Positions 52,298 through 64,000 of a stretch of DNA of 64,000 bases are shown here, piece after piece. This stretch comes from Octopus sinensis (Eukaryota). Location: the NCBI RefSeq assembly GCF_006345805.1, contig NC_043000.1, positions 26,536,001 to 26,600,000 of the forward strand. Direction: 5' to 3'. The notes beneath the pieces are model-generated. The model had not been told where the DNA came from and did no database searches. It worked only from the letters and a program-made list of their open reading frames with translations. A program made the translations under genes and the position numbers. How positions within the stretch are numbered: position 1 is the stretch's first letter; each line of letters starts with the position of its first letter.

Positions 52298-52346
52298 ACT
52301 TCAATATGTATGTATGTATGTATGTATATATATGTATGTATGTATG

Positions 52347-52382
<36 letters not shown>

Positions 52383-52391
52383 TGTATGTAT

Positions 52392-52950
52392 GTATGTATG
52401 TATGTATGTATGTCAGCTCACTTTCGAGTGCTACTGGTAACATGTAATCCAGTACAACCTGTTGCATGGTCGGGTTGTCGGCGACTAAACCGGCGACCCC
52501 ACCAAGCTTGCTTGGTGAGGAGGGTGTTATTGGATACCCTGCGGGATGAAAAACAAAACCCGTCAAAGGGCGGAGGAACTCTTGAGAGTCAACGGCCATC
52601 CAATAAATGTCATGCGCGGGGACATAGAAATAATCGGACTGTATACCCGATCGCGCGGTTAAACCATTGAGAGTAAAGGACTCCTAGCCTTTGTTAGGGC
52701 ATCATTCTAGGAGAGGGTAACTCAGGTAACTGGGATAACTCCGACATCAAATTCGCAGTTCAGTGGTTACCGATGATGTTGACTTGTTCTTTTCGGATTA
52801 TGGCTGCTGTTGCTTAGTGAGTGGGATTGACACAGTGCACAGCCTTTCCTCACTTAAAAAAAAATTTCTTGCACAGGCATTGCACGATAACAACATTGAT
52901 TAAGCTTCGTGCAATGGCCATACTCGATAACGGGGCGGGGGGGGGGCAAC
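52392..52950 (+). mobile_element. Longer copy of the (ATGT)n-tailed retroposon, hairpin-rich 5' region (RTE-like 5' UTR suspected)
   Basis: Shares its 3' ~310 bp with 51475-51882; hairpins CACCAAGC/GCTTGGTG and GGGTTGTCGG/CCGGCGACCC. Confidence 0.6.
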
Positions 52951-53137
52951 CACATGTATGTATGTGTATTTGTATATGTGCGCATGTGTATGTCTGTGCG
53001 TGTGTGTGTGTGTGTGTCTGTATCTATGCATATATGTAGGATGTATGGATGTACAGAATCTTAAGCATAATCACACAGCATAACCATATTTACTTACATA
53101 AAAAGTATTCGCGCGAGTGTACATCTATCTATCTATG

Positions 53138-53229
<92 letters not shown>

Positions 53230-53530
53230 ATATATATATAGCTTTAATTCATTATTTCATTCATTAATATTGTAAGAAGTATGCACACATGTATGCATTC
53301 AATAAGCCTGTATATGCAGCCGTAATATAATACAAATACATGTTCCTTCATATGAACAGAACAATATGAATTTCGAACAATTTGATAGAAAGGTTGTGTA
53401 TGTTTAAACTACAATACAAGAAAGGTAACTAGGGTGTGTTATTTATCGAGAAACACATTCACCGATATTTAGCTTGCTCTGGTTCTGCTGTGGTAAATTA
53501 TAAGGAAACGTTAGCACCGTGTAATAAAGT

Positions 53531-53542
53531 CAAAATGGCGGC
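53531..53542 (+). promoter_or_regulatory. Perfect YY1/Pho-type consensus CAAAATGGCGGC in a unique-looking island
   Basis: Exact match to the extended YY1 motif; function untested. Confidence 0.25.
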
Positions 53543-53784
53543 AGAGATTACGAATTAGTAGTGAGGGTAACATTTATGATACACATAGACGCAAAACCGC
53601 GCGTGCAAACACACATACGCACACACACAGAGGCACATGCATACGTGCACACATGCACATATAGACGCGCACACAGATATATGTGTACATGGTAGAATTT
53701 ATAAGAGCGTTAACGATAATTTAAAGGAATATTAAATGTGAGTTAAGGAACTAAAACCAATGGCATAAATTGCGAGTTGGTAAT

Positions 53785-53855
53785 ACCTGTGTGTGTGTGT
53801 ACGCGCTTGTATGTGTGTGTGTGAGTGTTTTTGTGTGTGTGTGTGCTTGTGTGCT

Positions 53856-53886
<31 letters not shown>

Positions 53887-54350
53887 GTGTCTGCGTGTGT
53901 GTGTGCATGTGTGTGCGCGGGCCTGTGTGCGTGTGTGCTTTTGCATGTGTGCACGCGGGCCTGTGTGCCTGTGTGCTTTTGCATGTGTGTGCTTGTGTGC
54001 TTCTGCGTGTGTGCGTGAGTGCGTGCTTCTGTCCCTGTGTACGTGTGTGTGTGTGTGTGTGCTCTTGTGTGTATGTGCTTGTGTATGTATATATGCGTGT
54101 GTGTGTGCGTCTGTGTGTGCATGTGTGCGTGTGCATGTGTGTGTACTTGCTTGTGTACGTGTGTGTTCTTGTGTGTGCATGTGTGCGTGTGTGCATGTCT
54201 GTGTACTTGCTTGTGTGCGTGTGCCCTTGTATGTGTGTAATTGTGTGTATGTGTGTGCTTGTGTGTGTGTGCGCGCATGTGTGTGTGCGTGCTTGTGTGT
54301 GTATGTATGCACTTGTGTGCTTGCGTGCTTGTGTGTGTGTGTGTGTTGTG
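53785..54350. repeat. (TG)-derived minisatellite with GTGTGCTT/GCATGT subunits
   Basis: Direct reading. Confidence 0.85.
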
Positions 54351-54387
54351 AGTGCTTGTGTGAAATGTCGGTATTTGTAAGGGCATA

Positions 54388-54680
54388 AGGCAGAGAGCTG
54401 GCAGAAATTTAGCACACCGGCGAAATTGCTACGCTATTTCGTCTGTCTTACTTCTAAGTTCAAATCCGCCGAGGTCGACTTGCCTTTCATCTTTTCGGTC
54501 GATTTAAGTACCAGTTGCGCACTGGGGTCGATATAATCGACTTAATACCTTGTCCCTTGTTTGTCCCTCTATTTTTGGTCGACCGAGGATAGTAAAGACA
54601 CTTACCCAAGTGCCACGTATGGAACTGACTCGAAACATATGGTTTGGGAATCAAGTTTTTCTTCACCACACAACACACGC
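54388..54680. mobile_element. SINE A (+) and SINE B fragment (-) with many single-base deletions
   Basis: For example AAATCCGCCGAGGTCGACTTGCC versus the usual AAATTCCGCCGAGGTCGACTTTGCC. Confidence 0.75.
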
Positions 54681-54990
54681 TACGCTATATGTATATTATG
54701 TGCATGTTTTTGGATTAAAGGACACTCACTTTCTTAGAGTACCTTATTACTTTTCAGAAAAATTGTGAAAGTGACTTCGAAGTCTCTGTCCACAGCCTTT
54801 ACAACTGCTCGATGACTAGTCACCAAGCTCGAATCACTGCACTGTTTTGTAAAAAGTCTATCTACTGCTATCTATCTATCTATCAGCTATCTATCTATCT
54901 ATCTATCTATCTATCCTTCTATCTATCTATCTATCTATCTATCTGTCTGTCAATGTCTGTCTGTCTGTCAATGTCTTTCGTCTGGCTATA

Positions 54991-55052
<62 letters not shown>

Positions 55053-55077
55053 ATCATCTATCTATCTATCTATCTAC

Positions 55078-56760
55078 TATCTCACCGTCATAGTGTCACC
55101 ACGAGCACATCGAGCTGGTCGGCGAGACACTGAAAACTACGAAGCGGTGACAGGAGCGAAAATCAACCGGGAAAGTCAGTGGGCTTGCGACTAGGCACCT
55201 GGAAAGCAAGCCCATCCGTCCACCATCGCCTCCGTCGTGGGACGCTGGACCGACGTCCCGGTTGAGTGCTCGGGTCTGTTGGTCCGGACCTCCAGTGGAG
55301 AAGAACTGGAACGAGATAACGAGTAGGGTGGTCACTCTCGCCCGGCAATGGGCGAGAGGAAACTGTCCCTAAAAGGTCGAGCGGAGGTGCGAACACGACT
55401 CGTTCCGTCATCTACTACCTACCGCCTGACCGTCGTACCTGTCCCGACCCTACCATCACCAAACTACAACGCATTCTCTTTCGCTTCTTGTTGTGAAAGG
55501 GCGTCCGAGGTCAGCGATCCATTTGCTGTAACACCCGTTAAAAGGAGGGCTGGGGCATGCCGGGTTGATGATTCGCAGATACCGCTGAGACTGCGACATC
55601 TCTGGCTCTATGTAGACGACGGTGAACAGGTGTGGTCGCCGTTGTGAGGCACGCTTTCCCTGCAGCTCTCTGACCGAACTGCAGTCGTGTATCAAAAAGA
55701 GGCCGATGAAGGTCAAATGGCACCGCGAGTGTCGCGTTGCTCTCAAGCAACTCTGCCGTCCTGGGTCGAACTAGTGACTTCATCAACACAACCAAGCATT
55801 CTATGGGTTTAGTGTAGGGGAGTACGACGACAGCTCGGGGCGAACCTGGACGTCGACGAGGAGACCTGACCCGCCTGTTTCAGGATGACTTTCGGGCCGT
55901 GGACAACTTCCAGAGATCCCTGGCCTCAGTGCTACCGAGAAGCGCTACCCGTATCTAAGCTCTATCAGACACGGCTCGATAACACGGGGCCGACCTGCCC
56001 GAGATGCGGTCAGCGAACGAAACCGTGTCTGCACGCACTCGTTCTGTCCAACAATTTCCGACCTGTGGGCTTATGTCGAACAACTGCTGTCACGTGTGGG
56101 ACGATTCGTTTATCAGCTGAGTCTATCGTCAATATTGTCATTCCTTCAAACTGGACGGAATAGCTATTTCATCATCCTTGTGGCTATGGCGAAGGAATGT
56201 GCTGTGGACGTCTGAAAGGATTGACCAAACACTTTCCTCTCTGGTCAATCTCTCATCAACTTCTTCAAGTACCACGTGAAAAGGAAGTGAGAGTAGAGAG
56301 GCAAGTTTTGTCTAGCGAATGTTTTAAAAAAAGATGGGTGAATGTAGCAAGAATCACGTATGAATGACGAAGCCACCTTGAACTATCCATGAACCCTAAA
56401 TTGGGAAACAGAGATTTGCTTATTGCAAAAAAAAAAAAAAAAATAAAAGAAATATCAATGTGACTTCATTGACCGAGGTTTACGTGTCTTTTCCGTAGGC
56501 TTTTCTTTTCCACGGGTAACCTTACCTGTCCTCCCTTTTAAATTCATATGACATTTCTTTTGATAACGATCCCTATGATCATTTTTTTTCCTCTCCCCCC
56601 TGTTTTTTAACCCCCCCTTTTTTGTCCTTTTCTCTCCTTTTCGATCCCTTTTGATCGAAAACCCCCCTTTCCTGTTTTCTTTTTTTTTTAAAACTTCAAA
56701 AGAAAAGCTCTACCTTGTTATTGTTCTATCGTGTGCAGCCCTGTGTGGCTAATAAGAAAC
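55078..56760 (+). mobile_element. L1/Tx1-clade LINE, 5'-truncated at the RT YADD region, bounded by (ATCT)n on both sides
   Basis: Frameshifted ORF2: TVIVS, EAVTGAKINRE, W..RKLSLKGRAEV, YYRLTVVP, RILFRFL, HPLKGGLG, LRLRHLW, zinc motif CPRCG...LHAL, KKRW. T/C-rich 3' UTR ends GCAGCCCTGTGTGGCTAATAAGAAAC. Confidence 0.85.
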
Positions 56761-56908
56761 ATATCTATCTATCTATCTATCTATCTATCCATGTAATGTA
56801 TGTATGTATGTAGTGTATGTATGTATGTATGATGTATGTATGTAGGTAGGTATGTATGTATGTACCTATCTCTCGTATTATGTATGTATTTACCTATCTA
56901 TCTATCGA

Positions 56909-56940
<32 letters not shown>

Positions 56941-57172
56941 ATTCTATCTATCTATCTTGTCTGTCTGTCTGTCTGTTGTCTGTCTGTCTGTCTGGTCTGT
57001 TGTCTGTCTGACTGTCTGTCTGTCTATCTGTCTGTTTATCGACAGTCTGTTTATGTATGTATGTATGTATGTATCTATCAATCTATATGTCTATCTGTCA
57101 GTCCGTCTGTCTGTCTGTTTGTCTGTCTGTTGGTCTGTCTAAGTATTATGTATCTGTTTGTATGTCTGTCTG

Positions 57173-57221
<49 letters not shown>

Positions 57222-57709
57222 ATGTCTGTCTGTCTATCTGTCTGTCTGTCTGTCTGTCTGCCTGCCAGTCTGTCTGTCTGTCTGTCTATTTGTGTATGCA
57301 TAAAACGTAAGATATATAAACGTTATATTAAATGTGTGTGCGCGCGTGCGTGCATGTGTGATGACGCGCGCGTTTGTAACTGTATTTCGGCACGAACTCC
57401 ATTTTGTTGAAATGATTCAGTACGCAAACTTTGAATTCTGAATTCAGTGAGCTCCTGCAATAACAAACGGCTGGCATCGAAGCTGCAGATTGCTAATGTT
57501 GTAATTGTTAACTTCAGTACAAAACGATGACACAATGTGATAGAAATTTATCTAACTGTGTATACCCCGCTGATACATGGAACTACACAAGCCGTGTCTG
57601 CAATAACATGTGAACAGAAGAGAGAGTCGAATCTGATGTAATTTCGTTGTTGCTGTAGTCACATTATTAATGAGCATTAATGGAGTTCCATACTTAAGCA
57701 CATTAAAAT

Positions 57710-57828
57710 TTATTGGCGGAGATGCACATAGGTGCGTATTTACATATAAAGATATATTAGAAACACACCTGAATATATATATGTGTATATATATATATGT
57801 GTGTGTGTGTATACACAAGCATATATAT

Positions 57829-57900
<72 letters not shown>

Positions 57901-58024
57901 CGTAGTATGTATATACCTATATATTCTTGTGTATACACACACACATATATATACACATATATATTCAGGTGTTTTCTAATATATCTTTATATGTAATACG
58001 CACTATATGCATCTCCGCCAATAA
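57710..58024. repeat. Imperfect ~125-bp inverted repeat centred on a (TA)n tract
   Basis: TTATTGGCGGAGATGCACATAGGTGCGTATTTACATATAAAGATATATTAGAAACACACCTGAA versus the reverse complement of 57900-58024, differing mainly by short deletions in the right arm. Confidence 0.9.
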
Positions 58025-58051
58025 CTACGTAAATACATTCGTTTAATATAT

Positions 58052-58093
<42 letters not shown>

Positions 58094-58292
58094 TGTATAT
58101 ATATATATATATATATATATGCATATGGTATATGTGTATATTATATTATATGTAACATATGCATACACACAGGTCATCGTTTGAATGAAGGCAAACCGTA
58201 TGTATGTACAAATATACATGTTAAATACTAACCATACACGGACATATAAACTTTATGTATATATATGTATGTAGATGTGTTTATATATATAT

Positions 58293-58376
<84 letters not shown>

Positions 58377-59329
58377 GCGCATCTTTGTTGCTTGAACAAA
58401 TTGATTATTGCATTAGCTACATGTATTGAGTACTTCTGGTTTCCATTTTGCAATTTTGAAGCGTGCATGCATACATGAATACATGCATACATACAAACAT
58501 TCATACATACCTAGAAACACACAGGCATACATAGTACATACATTAATATGTATGTGCATATATACACACAGGCGCGCCATCGCGCATACACATATATCTG
58601 CATTAATGTATGTATACGTACACGATATACATCTACACAAACATATATTCATCTGCGCATAGACAAACGTGCACGTGCATGCACATGCATTTATATGTAA
58701 ATGGAAGTATAGGAATGTGCATAACAATTTCTCAATACATACACTGACGCATATATACACACACATGCACAATACATGCATAATTACATACATACGTACA
58801 TAAATACGGACGTATATACATTACATACATACATGCATACATACATACATATATACATACATACATATATATATATACATACGTACATACGTACATAAAT
58901 ACGGACGTATATACATACATACATACATACATACATAGATATAATTATATCCATACAAGCATATGTACATAAATTCGAACGTACATACGTTACATACATA
59001 TATACGTACGTACGTACACAAATACATACGTACGTACATTACATACATACATACGTTACATACACACATAACAGGACAGAGCGACATACACTATTCCAAA
59101 TCGATTTATTATTAATACCCGAATGAATATGACTCGTTCATAAATAACCAATCGGTGTCTCCCATCGAAGAGTGTTGGCAAACCACCATAGCCCGCCGCC
59201 CCAATCCATCCCATCACCGCCATCGTGCAGACGACACCAACATCACCCAACACAACGTCACTGCCTGCCACTTTTCTTTCATTATTAACCATCATCACTA
59301 CTCTTTACTTTATGTATTGTTATACCCAA

Positions 59330-59961
59330 GCCACACACACCGTCATCGTCCACCGACACCAACAGAAACGCCGTCTGCACCAACGAAAACGAAGACGACG
59401 ACGACGGCGGCGGCGGCGGTGGCGGCGATATACCGTCTTCAACACAGCCGACGCCATTTTTCTCTGCTAACATTTCTTCCGCCATTAACCGTTCGCCGCC
59501 GATCTCGGCCAACCTTCAACATAAGAATCATCACGAATACCACAAATTATAGCCGCCACCGCCACCGCTGACGCAAACACCACCACCACCACCACCACTT
59601 CTACTACTGCCTCTGCTGTCACCACCACCACCGCCGCCGCCACCGGCGCCACCACCACCACCACCGCCACTTCTACTAATGTCTCTGCTATGACCACCAA
59701 CACCACCACGACCAACATGACCACCACCACCACTTGTACTACTGTCTCTTCTACCACCACTACCACCACCACCACCACAACTTCTACTACTGTCTCTGCT
59801 ACCACCACCACCACCACCATTACCACCACGAATACTATCACCTCTACAGCAATAACAACAACACTGACAAAAGTACGTCTGCGCAATAACAAAAAGGAGA
59901 AAAAAACGTAAGCAACAACAACAATAACAGCAACAACAAAAGCAGCAGCAGCAGCAGCAGC

Positions 59962-59994
<33 letters not shown>

Positions 59995-60170
59995 ACCAGC
60001 AGCAGCAATAACTGCAAAGTCGACTATTGACTGAAAACAAAAATGAATCAACAAGAAATAAACAAACGTAATGATGACGATGGTGATGGTGATAACGACG
60101 ACACGACGACGACGACGATGATGATGATGAGATGATGATGATGATAACTAATAATAATGGCAATGATGAA
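59330..60170. repeat. Trinucleotide-rich block (ACC/ACT/AAC/GCA/GAT)
   Basis: Direct reading; recurrent ACTTCTACTACTGTCTCT subunit. Confidence 0.85.
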
Positions 60171-60967
60171 AGTATCAGACAAAGGAATAATATAAAACAA
60201 AAGATAAAGAAAGAACGAAAGAAAGAAAGAAAAAAATAAACGTAAGGCAAGTTCAAACAACAAATTGTTGAGGGAGTCCATTGCTAATAATAAGAGAAAT
60301 AATTAGTTAAAAGCCTAAAAGATGGAGTGCAAACAGACCCCTGTCTTTGATGTGAATCTACTCCATTGTTGAATGTTTGTGTTTATATCGACTCTCATAT
60401 CACATAATGCAATGGCTTAACAATCTGTCCGAAGCCTGAACACAGAGAAATGAAGGCTTCATTTCCTCTGAGTTTACTGTTTCTGTGACGTCTCTATTTA
60501 AACGGATACGAAACTCCTCAGATCATATCAGAAAAAGTTTTTGTTTAGTTGCTCCATTTGTTAGACTTAGCAGCTAAATCTCTTTCAACAGAATGGCACA
60601 TTTGGCAATGGAATTATGGATGTAGTATATTTGAGACTGTAGTATATATCGGAGATTTACATACGCCAATCAAAAACACATAATGTTAATTTCATTTATT
60701 ATTTGGTATGAAAATTTTTGTCTCATCAACTGCGACATGGTTAATGGCACTTTGAACAACCATCTACATAAGTATCCTTTGGAACTGTATCTACGAGCTG
60801 GTTGCTTTTGTTGCGACAAAAAATTTGGTATCAAATAAATATTTAAGTGAAGTTAACAGTGCTTGTGTGCATTTGAATGGCTAATTCTGTCTTCCAAGCT
60901 ATAATTTCTATCGTATATCTAGGACTGCTATAGTGTAGTATGTTCAGTCGGTACGAGGAGTGGAAGG

Positions 60968-61001
60968 TCTAACGTTTCGGAAACTTAACCGTCATCAGAG
61001 A
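60968..61001 (-). ncRNA. Candidate minimal type I hammerhead ribozyme with canonical core (PLE-type)
   Basis: Minus strand reads TCT-CTGATGA-C-GG-TTAAGTTT-CC-GAAA-CG-TT-AGA: stem I TCT/AGA, intact CUGAUGA and GAAA, GUU cleavage triplet. Confidence 0.5.
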
Positions 61002-61219
61002 GTGAGAAAAATAGAATGTGGCATTGTCACGTTGGACTAATTATTGTTGTAGGAAATCATCAGATTGCTGAGTTTCTGTTTGTTAATCACAAATAAGGAA
61101 GGAATTGACATGCTTAGAACATCTTTGAACACACATTAACTGAACCTGTTCCTGATGTGGGTCTAAATAAAAAGCAACAACAATTACAAACATTGTTCCT
61201 ATTCCCCTTTCACTCAGAG

Positions 61220-61369
61220 TACAGTAATTCCTCGAGTCAATATACGAGTCAATTCTTTTCTGGAGAACGCTTGTAAAGCGAAAACTCATAAACAGAATGT
61301 AAAACTCGTAAAATCTCGTAAACCCGATATTTTATAAAACGAGTCCTCGTAAAGTGAGATATTACTGTA
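61220..61369. mobile_element. Tigger-like MITE with TA target duplication
   Basis: TA-CAGTAATTCCTCG...GTGAGATATTACTG-TA. Confidence 0.7.
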
Positions 61370-61409
61370 TATTAACAACCAGATATAAAGCAATGCACAA
61401 TTGTATAAA

Positions 61410-61475
<66 letters not shown>

Positions 61476-61524
61476 TTTGAAGTGAGATACGTTTGTATGA
61501 TATACAGGTCATAAAAGAAAATTA

Positions 61525-61672
61525 ATCCTTTCTACTACTGGCACAAGGCAAACTATATTTTGGGAAGGGATGAAAGGAAAGTCGACCTCAGTGGAATTCG
61601 AACTTATAACGTAAAGGCGGACAAAATGCCGCTAACCATTTTGTCCGGCGTGCTAGCAATTCTGCCACCTAA
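61525..61672 (-). mobile_element. SINE A, internally deleted
   Basis: GAAAGTCGACCTCAGTGGAATTCGAAC...CCGGCGTGCTAGCAATTCTGCCA. Confidence 0.75.
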
Positions 61673-62017
61673 TCTCATAAAAGAAAAATAATGCAATGCA
61701 TAACTTAATGCAATATATAAGAGTATGTGCATATATATATATATTGGTTGACAGATACGAATGTATATAGGTCATAATAGAAACCTATACGTTTAAGGGA
61801 ATGTATAAATGTATATACATGCAGTGTGTTTGTGTATATATAGTTTAAAGAGATTGGAGTGTAAGTAGATCATAATAGAAAATTATTCATTTGAAGCAAT
61901 ATATAACGGCCTATACTAAAGTATGTATGCATGTGTGCGTATAATTTGAAGAAAGATACGAGTGTATATAGGTCAAAATGGCAAACAATTAATTTAAAAC
62001 AGTGTATAGCTATATAC

Positions 62018-62102
<85 letters not shown>

Positions 62103-62959
62103 TGTGTATGTATTTTGAAGAAGGATGATAATGTTAGTAGATCACAGAAAATAATTTATTCAAACTCAAGCTAATGTATGATTGTCAATACGTGTGTGTG
62201 TGGCGCGGGGTAGTGCATGTGTGTTTGCGTGTGTTAGTGTATGTGCGTCTGTGTACGTTCGTTCGTTCGTGCGTGCATGCACGCGTACGCGCGTAGTTTT
62301 AAGAGCGATAAGAATAACGTTTGTAGGTCATAATAGAAAACGATTAATTTAAAGCAACGTACATCTGATTTGGTTTTTGTATATATTTTGTAACATTCTT
62401 GATGTGAATTCGTGAGTTGAAACAAATTTTATTCTCTTGGGAGAGTCATTACGCCAATAATAACAATAATACACGCACTGGTTCAATTCTACTTCTTTAT
62501 TATTAGTCAATTGGTTAGATATTCAATCAATTAATTAATCAGTTGTAAGGTTTAAATAGAGACGTTACAGAAACCGTTTGACTATTTAACCAACACGTTA
62601 AACAAACCATCGATTAATTAGTTCGTTAGGTATTTAACCAATTGATTTATAATAAAGAAATGGAACCGAACATGCGTGTGTTATTATAATTTGTATACTT
62701 ATTCACCCAAGACACAATTTTGGGCCTTCTGCCTAGAGTAGAAAAGAATATTTATTGCTGAATAATTGTTGAGAAATCTCTGAAGCTTGGTTCAGTAAAG
62801 AATGACGTCAACGAGGAAGCCTTGGGACTATGCTCTTAATGACCTTGCTGCCCTTTAGCCTCATGTCAGCCTTGATGAAGGAGACATATAAACAAAAGCT
62901 TTCCATCCGTGACCATTAAGTTTTTATGATATGTATGACTATATTATCCTATTTGTTCA

Positions 62960-63165
62960 GTGAACTGGTAGAATCGTTAGAGCATCGGATAAAATGTTTA
63001 GCTTCATTTCGTCTGGATATTTACGTTGTGAGTTCGAATATCACAAAAGTCATCTGTTTACTTTCAGAGGTCGATAAAATAAAGTACCAGCAAAGTACTA
63101 GGAATCTAAGTGACCTCACTCTCTCCTTCAAAATTGCCGACCTTCTTCCAAAATCAGAACTATTT
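62960..63165 (+). mobile_element. SINE A, decayed
   Basis: GAACTGGTAGAATCGTTAG...GAGTTCGAAT...GAGGTCGATAAAATAAAGTACCAG...AAAATTGCCGACCTT. Confidence 0.7.
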
Positions 63166-63932
63166 AAGATGTTAGGGTGTTATTGAGGCAGATTTAGCTA
63201 TTATATCTAAAGACCACATAGAGGCTTCTTCTTTCGCTCGGTAAGGATGACTTTCGCTGGACACCAACCATTTCCGGAACCAGAGTCAGTGGTATGCTGA
63301 GCGCTATATAAGGGCTTCCCATTGTTTTGCAAGTTAAACCCAACATTGCAAGGTGACAAAGTACTCAGAACGATAGCGTTTAATATATTCAAGACCAGGA
63401 CCGCATATTAATCGGCATTTTTATTTCGTTAGACGTCTAATGCACCCAACGTTAAAAACATCAATACTGTTTTTTTGATGCACAGGGTGTCTCTGAATTA
63501 TTAAATAGCGACATACTCGTTATCTAATAATTAATGAGAAAATTTAATGAGTATTTGACTGTGCCCACTCAGGATAATTATTTTACAAAAGGTATATTGG
63601 ATTAGTGAGATGAGAATTAAGTGTTTTGAGTTAGGAGAGAGAAAAAAATATAGTATCGCTAGCAAGGATATTATAACACGTCAGACGGTAGTTTGGTAGA
63701 TCATTGTCTCGGCAAGTCGCTAATCTCACAACATCTGTAACACCAACAAATCTCAGACATCTTTTATAAAATTAGCTGAATTCAATGGCGTAGATTTAAA
63801 TGAATAAGCAACACAGTATTATCAATTTTAACGATATACATACGTTATTAAGTAGGTAGCCATATATAGATAGTTCAATAGACAGAGACACTGTCAAAGG
63901 AAGAGGCATTCGCAGACAAATATAACGATCTG

Positions 63933-64000
<68 letters not shown>

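Noticed and set aside
59150-59560. GC-rich island with low-complexity frames on both strands
   Set aside because: All frames are short and stop within ~100 codons; strand and function cannot be assigned without transcript data.

Overview
This is repeat-dense, AT-rich eukaryotic non-coding DNA, most likely from an Octopus (coleoid cephalopod). The species is inferred from recalled SINE families and the extreme microsatellite load, not from a search. No host protein-coding gene can be supported; almost all listed ORFs are microsatellite artefacts. The window holds many tRNA-headed SINEs (working names A, B/C, D, E) and 3' fragments of non-LTR retrotransposons: RTE 309-497, CR1-like 21236-21423, two R4/Dong-like RLE elements at 27157-27850 and 51915-52297, and an L1/Tx1 element at 55078-56760. 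It also holds Penelope-like (PLE) remnants, Tigger/mariner-type MITEs, large simple-repeat blocks and a 100-N gap (9673-9772). The most interesting signals are: (i) a short dispersed PLE-end family with a minimal hammerhead-ribozyme fold that shows compensatory stem changes and a non-canonical core (9 copies), plus one canonical-core copy; (ii) head-to-head foldback hairpins of element ends in (TA)n context; (iii) a Tx1 LINE bounded by (ATCT)n whose last ~50 nt match one of two alternative tails of SINE A, which itself forms concatemers with a fixed junction; (iv) apparent partitioning of microsatellite types among retroelement families.
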